A DNA stretch of 54,941 nucleotides, the filler included, from Sphacelaria rigidula (Eukaryota), in NCBI GenBank assembly GCA_964200075.2. It is 6 parts of 6 records of this genome, joined end to end, with 100 filler letters (N's around TTAATTAATTAA, not from the genome) between each part and the next. Parts side by side here need not be neighbours in the genome. Positions count along the whole stretch, not along the records: positions 18,349 to 27,422 come from CAXNAA020009367.1; positions 27,523 to 36,595 come from CAXNAA020009368.1; 4 more parts are not named here. One strand, given 5' to 3'. Made by a program: the position numbers and the translations under genes. Below are positions 22,508 through 34,699 of the stretch, piece by piece. The stretch's first letter is position 1; the number at the start of each line of letters is the position of its first letter. The notes beneath the pieces are model-generated. The model did not search any database and had not been told where the DNA came from. It saw only the letters and a program-made list of their open reading frames with translations.

Positions 22508-23869
22508 CTGTTGAGCGCCGGAGAGGAGAGGGTCAAAATGAAAACATGACTGGGGTGCAAAGATAATCAACTCTGTGTGAACGGAGAGGGAACGGGGGGG
22601 CCCGAAATGTGTGAAGGGCAGCAAAATGATATGTTTCCGAACAGGGGAATCAAACCAGGCGATGCCTCCAGTGTTGTATTTTTGTTGGGAAAAGAGTCTC
22701 CGCAACAGAAATACCGCTGCGCTTCAATATCCAACACTACGCTAAATCTCCGGTTAGCGCAAAAACTGAGACGAACTATGAGGACAGCCAACAAACCAAC
22801 GGCCATGCTACAATTTGCAACCAAGTGGCATCAAACGTGTCACTACAGTAGGACGACTCGAGACACGCTGTCTCGTCAAAATCAACGCACAACATACCGC
22901 CGCCGTCTCGTCCACACCCTCACATGAAACATCTACTTTACGCTCGCGGCGGAACATTGCAGAACAACCAAGTATACTGGGGGTATTGACCGTGTTGTTA
23001 CTGAACACACACATACCTCAAAGTTTCTGTCCTGTTTGGTGCGTTGGTTGCGTCGATTCACTCGGCAGCGAGAGATAGCTGTGGTTGCTACTCGCTCTAT
23101 TTGGCTAGCCAGCGACGGCCGGTATATATGCTACGTGTTCGCTGACACCGAACACCACAGCCACGTGAGGCTACTACTATGCCGCATGTTCCATCATATA
23201 TGACATACGCGTGCCAAGACACCGATACGTCGAAGTCATTATTTGGCAGAAAATTGGTATGTATGGGACATGATTCACGATATCACCTTGTACGACGGAT
23301 CCGAGAAGTCTGGAGGGACCACGACGGCAAAGATATCCCGGAGCAAACTCGTCTGTCGACAGGAGAGAGAGAGGTAGAGACAGAGATAGAGACAGAAATA
23401 CACAGAGAGAAATGGAGGGATAAAAGGGGAAGAGAGACGGAGAAACATCAAAAAAGAAAAGAGATGATAATATATGGTGGTGGGAATTCGAAAAGACAGA
23501 AGAAAAATACGGCGACGTTCATGAACACACCCCTCACGCCTTCAAAAAAACTCTAGATGTCGTCTTTTTCCAACGTGGTCTTCATCCACAAACCAGGGGG
23601 GCGTCATTTTTCGTACATGTCCCTTCGTTCCGAAAGGTCCCCAACAGCGTGCTTATCCCTCAGGACAGGACAACTCCGCGGTACACGCCAGTCTCATTTT
23701 TCCAAGACGAGATAGGTTGCACAATGTATCTCGACGATGCGTGTGGCTTGTCACCGACGGTGTTGCCACACGTCGTACGGGGATGAGACCCCGCAAGGCG
23801 ATGAGAGCTCCCCCGCGCCCGCTTTGTGATACTGTAACGTGCTGTCATTGATAAAGCTGTCATCGAGAG

Positions 23870-24890
23870 GGGGGTATCGAGGATACGGTGGAGTCCTCAT
23901 GATCTTGTATGCCATCGTCATAAGCCCGTTGACTTCGCACTCCTACAAGGCCGGGACGGAGCACACCGGGTTTTCGCCGAACCAGGCTCGCGATTAGTCA
24001 CCAAGGGCGAAACGCCGTGGCGTATTCGGCGAGTTGCATGAAGGGTGAGAGTGTTCGGCTTGAAGGGTACTAATTACCTTGCATGTGGATGACAGCCTTC
24101 AATTTTTTGCTTGATTTTCTGACATCGCCACTTCCAGAGACAGCCACAGGTTACGCTGCAACATAGGTGTCTCATCATTTAAACACTACGGATTCGCGGG
24201 GGGAGGTGTCGCGGAATTCCTCTTATCAGGGTTCCCATCCGATCTTACTATTACTTCGAAGACTGCGGAGGGAAAACATGGCGATAAGGTTTCTATTCTG
24301 GGGCCGAGGGAGGGGGGGTGTACTCATGATCATGTATGTCATAGTCTTCAGTACATTGACCTCGCATCATTACAAAACCGGGACGGAGCACGCCGGGTTT
24401 TCGCCGGACCAGGCTCGCACTCAATCACCAATCGCGAAGCGCCATGGCGTGTTCAGCGAGTCGCATGAACGGTGAACTGCGTCCTGCTAAGATTGTTCGG
24501 CCGGAAGCATATTGATTATATTGCATTTGGATGAGAGTCTACAAGGAGTTGCTCTATTTTTCTGGTATCGCCACTTCCAGAGACAGCCACGGCTTATATA
24601 TTCCGCCATGGGTGTCTCATCACCTCAACACTACGTTGTACGATCATCCCCTTTGTGCGGAGCGGAGGTTCTCGCACGCCGCACAAAATGATCTAGCTCG
24701 ACCACCATCATGGTTATCCCCAAAAACTACAAGCGCGCAAAAACAATCGGTAACCTGGCTGCCTAGCTTACACAGTGAGTTGCGTGTTTTATAGCGTCAT
24801 CGCCAACCGACGCCAACCCCATCGGGAGTTCACCCCTACAAAGCCGGGACGGAGCAAGCTGGGTTCTCGCCGGACCAGGCTGGCTGACAG
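23870..24890 (+). repeat. Three clustered copies of an interspersed repeat (core tacaaagccgggacggagcacgccgggttttcgccggaccaggctc)
   Basis: Copies at ~23870-24190, ~24310-24635 and ~24790-24885. Further minus-strand copies at ~39055-39355 and ~51335-51445. Confidence 0.85.
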
Positions 24891-25913
24891 GGAAGGGTGG
24901 GGGTGGCATTCGCGTTATTCGCTTCTACTCTTCTCTACTACAGCCTCAATATCTCTACATGTACAAGGGTGTCGACGGCTTTCATCGCACGCTCAGTGGG
25001 TCGACAGCCAAGATACATGAGCACCTGTGATATTTATGTGCGTTGCATAACGGTACACAGCAAGGTTCAAGGAAAATGTCGTGGTTGCTCATCAGTTGAG
25101 CACGTGGCGCGTGACCTTTCACAAGTCTGCAAGTATTGCAATTAGAAACGGTTTCCGGTGTGAACAGCATACGCACACGTACGGGCGGCACCCGTCGAAA
25201 ATAATGTCCATTCAAATTTGAAAAAGAAAGGATACCGGTTGCATGCAGCCATTCATGATCAAAACAAACGCATGGCGGTAGAGTAGCAGCAGCAGCAGCA
25301 GCAACAGTAGTGAAAAGACAGAAAAAGAAAGTACCCCTGAGACGATGCATCATGCGTGCAAGATCGGAACACGCTCGAGGTGAGCCAGCCCCGGCCCACG
25401 GTAGACGGTGGTCAGTGGGGAGTGGTAGCGCGTTGACCGCTTTACGTAGTACACGTGAATCACGATGCCATTTTCCTGACACACAAGCGACGGAAAACCC
25501 TCGCCCATGACGACGACTTCTCATGACACTACGCACGAGTTCCTTGCGTGCTGCATGGTTGAGTTCTGAGGCATTGACCACGAACAAAGTTCGCCGAGGA
25601 CGAATGCGATTGTTTTTTTCGTTTTTAGCGCGCTGCAGCCGGCGACCTCCAATGGCGGCATCATCAACAACACTCTAAAATATTCGTAGGTCCGTGGCGT
25701 TCAATGAATCAAGGACATTTCTCGGGCCGGTATTGAACGTCATTTTTTTTTTCCCTACAAAATGTCCAGACTCTATCAGAGGAGCGATGACGTATTGATA
25801 TATATGATTGCTCGGGAAACGTTTTTTTTCCCCGACCGACGAGGTGGAATAAGGAGATTGATGCGATGCAAAACAGAAACAGAAACAAAACATCATCACA
25901 CGGGAAGTATATA

Positions 25914-26560
25914 CTCCCTCTGTCCCATAAATGAAGGTATCTAAATTGTACGGGCCCTTAACGATGTCCGATTTTTTTTTTAAATGAACTCTACGGTTCT
26001 CATTTTATTTAATCGCGTGGAAATTTCTGGCAGCGAGCCCCAGTGAAGGCGGAGGCGATTAAAACAAATAAGAAGAAAAAAATCGACACTTTCCCCTCCC
26101 CCCGGAAAGGGGGAAGAAACGGGCATTTTTGGGCCGACTACTTTTTTTGCAGCCGTTCGGCGGCATGGTTCAAGCACTAGCTGTAAATTTCAAACACATT
26201 TTCTTGACCCAAAAAACACCGTAGAGTTCATTAAAGAAAAAAAAGACTAATGCCGAGATAGCCCCCCCTGAAAATTGCACCGCAGACCGTCCGACAAACC
26301 GGCTGCTATCCCACTGTTGGGCTCGTTTGCAGCAATTTCGCACACATGAGGCGTATAGCAGTCCGAAATCAGATATGACACCCAAATGAGTCGCGTCGTG
26401 CGGCACGAAACCAGCTAGCTCTAACGGCATTTATGATCATCGCCTCCGTGCACTTTTTTGGCCGGTTCGGGGGGGGGCTATCTCGGTAGCAGTCAAAAAT
26501 GATCGGACATCGTTAAGGGTCCGTACAATTGAGGTACCTTTACTTATGGGACAGAGGAAG
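25914..26560. mobile_element. Stowaway-like (Tc1/mariner) MITE
   Basis: TA|CTCCCTCTGTCCCATAA ... TTATGGGACAGAGGAAG|TA, with inverted similarity extending about 60 bp (cccttaacgatgtccgat). Confidence 0.9.
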
Positions 26561-27422
26561 TATACGCCTATTCCACGTGTTTCTATCTCCGGTTGATGAG
26601 TTTGGGTTCCTCAACCCCGCTTCCTTTCGTGTCATCCTAGCCATGCCCCCCATATTCAGGTGAACTTTGTCCTCGCCGGATTACTCAGAACAAGACAGAA
26701 TGTCCATCACTGTGCGCACGTTGGTAATTCGTGTGCTAGTAGGACCTGCTTCGGGACTGTTTTGGACTACTTATCTGCATATGTTCGCGTCGTACTTACT
26801 AATGATTTTTTTCACCATATTTCAAAGTGGAAATATTTTCCCGTTTTCTCGTGCGACCCGAAAGTCTCAAGAGATCAACCACATCTTGCGATTTTGGTAT
26901 CGAGAATTTGACCAGGACTCTCGCACCCGTCTACTTTCGGCGGCTACCGTTCTTTGCTTGTTGCGTTCTCGCGCCTTCAACGACAAGATGAACCCAGATT
27001 CTGCCCGAAACCGGCCACCGCATCCATCGGGGTTCAACCCTGAACCCGTCATACAAACCGGAGCGCCGGGGTATTGATATTAATCTGGCTGCTCGCCTGT
27101 GATGGGAATGGGGCCGAACGGTGACCGTTTTGTTCCTCCCATGTTGACTACTTTTACTCCTATCCCCCCATGATACCCTCTCTCGAGGCGAGACGTTGCC
27201 ACAAAGGGTCGACACATTCCCTTCCCCGGCACAGTACATGCCCGACAAAAGCTTACGAGTGTATCGAGGATTGTACCAGCACTACCTCAGCCAGCGCAAT
27301 TCCACCGAACTATGTTGTCAACTCTCATCCGTACACGTTCCCGAAGGACAGAAAGCAGCGGGGGGCGGCGGGGGGGGGGGGGGGGGGTACTCATTTTTTG
27401 TTTGCCTTAGGTGTTTGAGCCT

Positions 27423-27522
27423 NNNNNNNNNNNNNNNNNNNNNNNNNNNNNNNNNNNNNNNNNNNNTTAATTAATTAANNNNNNNNNNNNNNNNNNNNNN
27501 NNNNNNNNNNNNNNNNNNNNNN
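27423..27522. other. Artificial contig linker
   Basis: N44-TTAATTAATTAA-N44. Confidence 0.98.
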
Positions 27523-28994
27523 TCCAGACCCCCCCCACCCATCCTCCCCCATTAATATACTGCTTGTTGTCGGTGACATTCTACATGTTCTGTTTCTGGA
27601 TGTGACGGACGCCCTCATGGGGTCGGTAGAGAGGATGGTGCAGCATCAAAGCGTGCCTCGTCTCATGTGATCATTATACTACCGCTTGCTGCAATGTACA
27701 ACCCGTTGGTTGGACGTGAAAACAGGTGTAAGCGACGGAGGGCAAGGCACGCCGCAGTCGACAAAGGCAGCAGTAGTAAGCGACCATATGTGCGTGTGCA
27801 GCGCTCGGATGGCAATAGACATATGCGACCAACCGTCTTCAAGTTTCCTGCTTGTAAGCACGATGCCGCAACCAGCACCGTGGTGTCAGTTTGCACCTCT
27901 TCCTCCCAGAACAGGGTGGTGACACTGGTGGATACAGACCCAGGGCGGAGCAGCTGCTCAAGAGAAGAGTGTCACACGTGAGTCCGCCTCCTGCTTTGTT
28001 TCATTTCGGACTCCAACACCAGGTAGCGACATGATAAGGTGGTGAGGGGAATAACCTTACGTCGAGGCTCGCGTTGCCGTCACCGTTTCCTCCTTCGAAC
28101 GTGATCCGGACAGTAAAACCGGAATTGTCGTGGCCGCTCATGTGCTGTCGTCGGTCATGCCAACATATCTAGTGCTGGACTGAAAACTTGGTGATTACTA
28201 AATTGTGTGAGCGGACCAAGCTAAAAACTATCGAATGTGAAGGGCTAGGGCTCCGCAGTCGATCCATGGAATCTGCTCGGTGGGCGTTGAGTTTCAGCGA
28301 CGTGTTCTCCTCTGCACCTTTTTCACGTCAGTCTTTCGGACGCAGGTAGCGGGCGGCGACAGGTCGGAACCAGCGGCGGCCAAGTGGAGAGTGTGGCCGA
28401 TGACGTGTGCAGTCACGCTCGCGCAGCCTTCAATGCCCTGACTGAGAAGACCATGCAAGTTGCCGAGAGGGTGGCATTTGCGACACCGAAATCTTCACGA
28501 AACATGTGTGCGAAGCGACGGGGAAGGGTATGTTGTCGCAGGAGGACGGCAGGACGTTGGTTTAAATGGCCAAGAATGCAGAGCTTGTCGGAGTGCCCCC
28601 TCTAGTACGAGTAGGTGCAACGGGGTTCTTTGCCGTGCGAGAGAGCGTGGGTCGTACGGTTGAGCACGGGTGGGCGCATGTGAAGAAAGATGACAACCAG
28701 GAGACGCGATTAATGTGCAAGGTAACGTGGTTATACATACGGCAATTGCACAGCATAGTAGGGCTGAAATATTTGACGTCGGTACGCGTGTGCTGCAACC
28801 CTATCTGGTACACTAGCTATCGGTACTACCTCGCTCAGTATCTCAATATTGCGAAACGACATATTTGTGCGTGACATGAACGGGGAAGTTGTCGAGGCCC
28901 ATGGCTAGCTCACTTTCCATATGTCGATGTTCATATCAACATGTCCGTGTACACTCAGGAGTACGAGGCCGCCCATATATCGTGAACCCCACAG

Positions 28995-29414
28995 GCTGCC
29001 AGAGGGAAACGGTGCATAGAAAGCATACTGCGAGGAACTGGGAAGTGCAAACACACGAACATGGTAGCGCTGGGTTTGTGCGCACAGGGAGATAAATCGG
29101 TGGGCTCTGGTGCGGAGGTGGATGCTGTGAAGGCGCCTGCGGATAGCTCTGATTCTCAGAGGCCGCGTGAACGGGCGGGGGGGCGATCAGCCTTCGCTTT
29201 TTCGCAGGAGAGACTCGAAGCGTTCCGGAGAAAAAATCGGGACTCCCTCAACCTCATGGCGGTAGTCCAGTTTCCACCACGAAAACCGGCTGGGCTCCCT
29301 GCATACAACAGAGACTTGGAGCAATCAAAGTTCACAGCATTGCAGGAGCGATGTAGTTTGTGCAGGGGATCATTCACGCCGGCAGGTTCGGTCACAGCGA
29401 AGTTGCTGACCCGG
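28995..29414 (+). CDS. KDZ gene exon: second half of SWIM-like finger and start of CxC domain
   Basis: cccacag|GCT ... CGG|gtaagg, open: AARGKRCIESILRGTGKCKH...ERCSLCRGSFTPAGSVTAKLLTR. Confidence 0.75.
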
Positions 29415-30624
29415 GTAAGGCAACGGTGGGAAGAATAGGCCGGTAGTGTGACGTTCAGTGTTTTCAGCACGGAAGGGAGCATGTGGTAGGTCAGGCGTTT
29501 ATTGATATTGTTTTGGAACTTTCCGCGGGATCTCGTCAGGGCATAACGAAGCAAAAGAAGTGGGTCAAAAACATTTTACTGGTCTAGGACGTTTCAGAAC
29601 GGTAAACATAGTTTTTGCACGAGAGCGCCCCAACCTGCCTCTCAAGAGGGAAGTGAAGGCCCATTTTTTTCTCTTCAGGATGCCTCTGCGATTCTCCATT
29701 CTCAGTCTCAAGTCACAATTGGAGAAACTGAGCTGAAAACTGAGGTAAGTTCCAAGAGCAATATTCATGTTCTCTCAGAACTCTCATAAAAAATTGAAAA
29801 ACAAATGAAAAATTAAAGAAGATTTTCCAATCATCATGCACTACGACCTGGGCCAGCCAATAGTGGGTGTAAATCTCGCTCAGGCGACGCACGGCGCGAT
29901 ATTAGGAGTTGGACGCTGAAATGTTGACAACAGCTTGTTATAATCGGAATGCAGAAGATCACGTGAGCAGCAAAGAAAAAAACAAAAAGTTAGAGGCACT
30001 TGAAATTTCAGCGCAAATAAAATAATGTCATACGTCCAGGAAAAAAATGAGAATCTGCAGGTGGACGCGTGAAGCATCAGCGCCGTGAATGTAGAGGGTC
30101 CTCCCTAATCTTTCAGCACAAGAGTCGTCGAAGTGGGCCGTGCGTTCAATATTTTCTGTGACGCTGCTGCACCACTATAAATCAAGTGATGCAAGTCTCC
30201 TATCATGGAGGTCACGAGTTCGAATCCAGACATATTCTCTTTTTTTTTCGTCCGTCGTTAAGGTCATACATTGTGCAGCACATTTGCTTTCATTTTTTTC
30301 TTCATTCATAAGTTTTGATTATTATATTTTTTCACATATAATTGTTTCAGTTTCAGGCTTAAGAATCCTCCAGCCCAGTCTGCAAGGTTGCAATGACTGT
30401 GGATTGCACAACTGGCAATGATAAGGCAGCACAGCGGTATTTGGAACGGCGGGTGTACCTCTTTTTCTCCTAAGGCGGGAAGCTATGTCCTTTATCCTCC
30501 TCGCTCAACCCCAATTTTTTCTATGCTCCCAAGAGAATTGTGCTCGAAACTATGCTGGCGTAGTCGGTAAAAACGAAACACCATCCTTCCCTTTTCGTGC
30601 CCCCCCATACCTCGCCTTTTTCAG

Positions 30625-30881
30625 GGCGTTGGCGGTCTCCAACTCGAAGCAGTCACGGTAGACCGAAGGGAGTGTGGGTGCTGGACCGCTGCGATTTGTG
30701 ACTGGCGGAGCACCGGAGTTTTTCATTTCGGCAACAGCTGGGTCATCGAGGTGCACGTTCTGTACAATTGTCTCGACGGATTCATGGCGGGCACTCCCAT
30801 CACGACATGGTTTGAAGCGGAACTTGAGCACCTTGAATTTGACACGTCATTGGGAAGAGCTAATCAAGAACTTCACTTGAG
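30625..30881 (+). CDS. KDZ gene exon: CxC4-like domain
   Basis: ctttttcag|GGC ... AG|gtgggt, open: GVGGLQLEAVTVDRRECGCWTAAICDWRSTGVFHFGNSWVIEVHVLYNCLDGFMAGTPITTWFE... Confidence 0.78.
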
Positions 30882-31892
30882 GTGGGTGATGCGGCAATTG
30901 ATTCAGGAATTACTCGGTCCGTTAGGGTGCGTTGTTGAGTGTTGACCCGCCCGTAATGTTCGAGGCTAGGATCATCACGCGCTGGTTGGTGTCCAGGGTG
31001 ACCACGTACGTCCACACGGTCGCTGGAGTTCGTGATTTTCCAGGCCCGATCTGACGTCGGCCGATTGAGAAGTTGTCGATAATGTACTTCGACGTCTTGA
31101 GTATCAAACTACCTTGCTGGAGTATTTTACCCACAATCGCAACAAAGTATTTTCGACGGACAGAAAACTAATGCAGTTTGGGTCACGCTCACCACCCCAA
31201 ATTGTGTCATCAGCGAACGCATTTCGCAATTCCTGCTCCATAGTCGCACACGTTATATCATACAGACTGCTATGGACAGCTGAAGAGCGTGACTTAGCTG
31301 GAGTTGTGTGCAAGACCATGGTGGTAGTACCTCATTTTCGTGCACAACCTCATCTTCAACAGTCGTTTGTTATTTCTTCAAGTTACGACGTCACCATGAC
31401 TCGTCAAGGTTTCCGTTCGATCCCAGGTTTTGGAAATGTAGACAAAGTAGTACAGAGTTCCTTTCGATCCCATACTTTGGGAATGTAGAGAGATGACTAC
31501 CCGACACAAATTAGTAGAAAATATATGCCATATCACCAATTTGAGCGGGATACCGACTTACCGGTCGTTCGGGGTCCTACGAGTGTACAGGCGCAGTTTT
31601 TCTCTCTCTTATTGTTTTGGTCAACCCATAGATTCGCCTGTTATAGCGAAGAACCAAATGGACTATATGTTGTTTTCCTATACACTCGTAGCGCTACAGC
31701 CAAAACAGGGTGTTTTTTGGACCATGCACGTTCAATACCACCCCCTCGATAAACGGGGTTTTAAGTCCATGTAGTTCCAACTACACAAAACCGGGACATG
31801 TGCTCGAAAGACAAGTTACTTCTTTTCTGCCGTGCGTGTCGCCACCGCCGATGCCACCTTCGCCCCTCTTGTTTCTCTATTCTACGTGCTAG

Positions 31893-32789
31893 CCTTGTCC
31901 GCGGCGACAATTTGCTCAATACACTGAAGAACGCCTTCCTAGCATTCTTGACGTTGATCGATTTTCCGATGGAGTTCTGGTGCTGGCAGTGGGGCGACTT
32001 TCCCGATATTCTCACCTTCGACGCCTGCATGAAAGTCGGAACCGATTTCATCACGAGCACCCCCCTGGATGCGTCGCGGCTAGAGCAGGACATCGACACA
32101 GACCTCATCTCTACCCTCTTAAAGCTGACGTTGGTGTCACCGATCTTCTTCAGAGGCCTGAGAGTGGCCTTTGTCATGGTGGACGGGGCAAGTGTCAGTC
32201 TCCCCGCATCGAACGTGCCGTCCACCCCTTGCGGTTGCGAGGAAAGGAACGCCATTCACGACGTGTACGCGCTGAAAGCGAGGTCGCAACCTCACGCCCC
32301 GCAGAGCCAACTCAGTGTGGAGGACCTCCTGTCCCACCGCGGCAACTTGAGTTCGTCCGCTGGCAGGGCGGCATCCCTGGCGGCTACTCGCAGCATTTCA
32401 TCGCTGCGTGTGCAAGGCCAGCGTATCCCATCTCTTTACGAGGTGCTCGTTTTCACGTACCATTGGCATTCAGCGGTGACGGCTCAGGGCATCGACGTCG
32501 CATCCGTGGGAATTGAAGGATGGGAGCTACTCGCTGCAGATGTAGCGCCATCCCCACCGTCTTCTGAGAGTGGGGGTGGATGGTCGCAGAAGGGAGACGA
32601 TAGACTACAAGCCGTTCGCGTGTCAGACGCTTTGGAGGTTGAGCGAGAGCTACTTGTTGTGATATCGGGATCTCGGGAAGGTATCCCTCCCTCTCTACCG
32701 CGCTTGGAGAAATGACCAACTGGGTGGTGGAGCAGGCAACTTGTCGACCGTTCGTCAGGGTAATAGACGGGCTGCATTCCCACGCAGAG
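31893..32789 (+). pseudogene. KDZ gene exon: first catalytic Asp region and insert (frameshift near 32710)
   Basis: gtgctag|C completes AG+C=Ser. Translation LKNAFLAFLTLIDFPMEFWCWQWGDFPDILTFDAC, donor gag|gtaagg at 32790. Confidence 0.72.
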
Positions 32790-32984
32790 GTAAGGGAGCT
32801 GTGGCCGGAGACGATCCCATCATTACATGCGACAGTAGGATGGGAAGAGAAACGAAGGTGCTGAAATCAAAATAACTAAAATTGACGACCGAAATAGTGC
32901 ATGTTTTTTTTTAGATGCCATACGTCGGAGGAATGACCACCCCTCGAAACGAATGCATTCGTTAGTGTTTTTTTAAAACACCGA

Positions 32985-33330
32985 GCGTGACTCCTACGCT
33001 TAAGTGATTTATTTAGGAAACCAACGAGCAGGGCTCGTTTGCTCACGTCGCTTATTTTTTTCACCACGAGCAACGACTCGAGTGCTGAAGTCATTATTCT
33101 TTTTGCCGACGAACGACGACGTGAGTGGTCGAGCTATTAACTTTTGTAACCAGGAGAACACTGTCGTTTTCTAGGGTCGTTTATTTGTTGAACCACGAGC
33201 AATGGGTCGACTGCTCGAGCTTTTCATTCCCTGGACCACGACCAATTCACTCGTGTACTTGAGCCCTATCGTTTTTCCACCACGAGCGCTCACTGGTTAG
33301 CTCCAATATTTTTTTTCCCACCATGAGCTA
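32985..33330. repeat. Array of ACGAGCAA(T/C)GACTCGAGTGCTCG-like units inside a KDZ intron
   Basis: About 7 degenerate ~40-bp units. The same motif occurs at 36205-36540. Confidence 0.75.
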
Positions 33331-33394
33331 CTTACTCAGCTGGTGTCCGTCCAGAATCTCAACCGCAAGCTTCATTTTACTGTGCGTCGCGCAG

Positions 33395-34366
33395 GCCAAG
33401 GTCCGATTTGTTGTGGAAGGCCTGCTCCCTTCTGGCCCAGAAGACCGGATAAGAGCCGGTAAGTCAGTCCGTCGCGCGTGCTCGTAGGAGAAGGTCCCGT
33501 GGGCACAGATTGTCCATGTGCGCTGCCACACGCGCACGCTGGAATTTCCCCATGTATGAGGCAATGTACCCCAGTTTCCCGGTGTAGCCCACGCAAGTTA
33601 GTCCGTATACTACACTGCTTCACGATCGTGCATCGAAAAGCGCGAAACGCACTAACGGTCAATTATCCCCGCGGGTTTGACTGTAATCTACCCGTCTGTG
33701 CTCGTCCCTCGTCATCTTCCAGAGCGCGCCGTACGCAGTGGTATCGGCTTCAGCCAAAATGTTGCCTCGGTCAAGTCCCTGCAAATAACTCTGGCCCCGA
33801 ACGTTCTTCCGCATGATAGCGCCGGAGAGGACTCCAAGGTCGCAGGTTACGGCATAAAATTCCACGACACGGCCAACGATGGCCACAAGCACACCTCCAA
33901 TGGCCGGCGTCGCCCGCATCCCCACACGCGTTGCTCAAGCGGAATGTACGTCGGGCCCGATGGTCCGCACGAGAAGAACCACGACGCTGACTGCAGGCGA
34001 AAGTACGCTGGGTTGTCTCAATGCTTGGAAATTAGCGGCGTAAATCTTAATCCCCACGAGCAAGACAATTCCCTCTTGACTTTGCACGTGCGTACGCTAT
34101 CCAACATGACGCTAGAGGTCTTGACTTACTCTCCACGAGTCATTCACGAGGTACGCAACGAGGCCATCAACATGGAAACCCTGATGAGGATCGTACGAAA
34201 TAGCATGCACCACAGGAAGGGAGGGGCTGCCACGGTCTGTGCATTTGACATCTGGATCCGCGGACGGTGCTTTTGTAACTTCCCCTTGATGCGAGTGTTT
34301 GACCGCTTTGGGAGGGTTGATGTAGTCTCCTTGCGTGCGGTACTTGGGCAAGGGAAGGCTTCATGA
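33395..34366 (+). pseudogene. KDZ gene 3' region: catalytic core (D...H/H...E)
   Basis: gcgcag| acceptor, a degenerate CS*EK..IVHVRCH segment, then IKFHDTAN, DGPHEKNHDADCRRKY and GVNLNPHEQDNSLL. Confidence 0.75.
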
Positions 34367-34699
34367 GGCGCGTTGCAGGGGTGGGGGGGGGTCGCCTCTG
34401 GGAGGGAGTGTTCTTTGGGCAGGGGCGGTGATGCCATTGAGTGCGCTTGCTGTGGGTGGAAAGTGATTTGGGTGTTCGCGGCGTGCCTGTGATTGGGTGG
34501 CCGTTGCGGTTGTCGTTCTCCGTTCGTTGTACTCTTTTGGAAGTACTTTCAGATTTGTCGTGACACTTCAACACGTCTATGAACATGCCCATTTCCCTGA
34601 GTTTTACATATTTCGATCTCGATCCCCCATCAGCATTCCTGTATAATCGTCATATTCCGTGAGCGCCTGGCAAGGGCAAGAAAAATGACCACTGGTATT

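Larger units (their letters stand above)
27726..34366 (+). pseudogene. Intron-containing SWIM + CxC4-like + KDZ (Kyakuja-Dileera-Zisupton/HMGXB3-like) transposase, partly decayed
   Basis: Exons ~28346-28721, 28995-29414, 30625-30881, 31893-32789 and 33395-34366 join at phase-compatible GT-AG sites. Motifs: CK..C..CKH; CSLC..LLT..V..ECGC..DW..GVFHF; AFLAFLTLID..F.C...DFPDILTFD; FHD; DGPHEKNH..C..Y..GVN..HEQDNS.L. Stops or frameshifts at ~28563, ~32713 and ~33485-33680. The 5' exon near 27726-27977 is tentative. Confidence 0.8.

Noticed and set aside
30550-30831. Minus-strand ORFs 30550..30831 and 31761..32255 as genes, or as viral (Phaeovirus) insertions
   Set aside because: They are antisense shadows of the + strand KDZ exons, and no viral hallmark motifs were seen.
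34181-34210. Hammerhead-like CTGATGAG…GAAA
   Set aside because: Stem II is not formed, there is no valid NUH cleavage triplet, and it lies in the KDZ coding frame.
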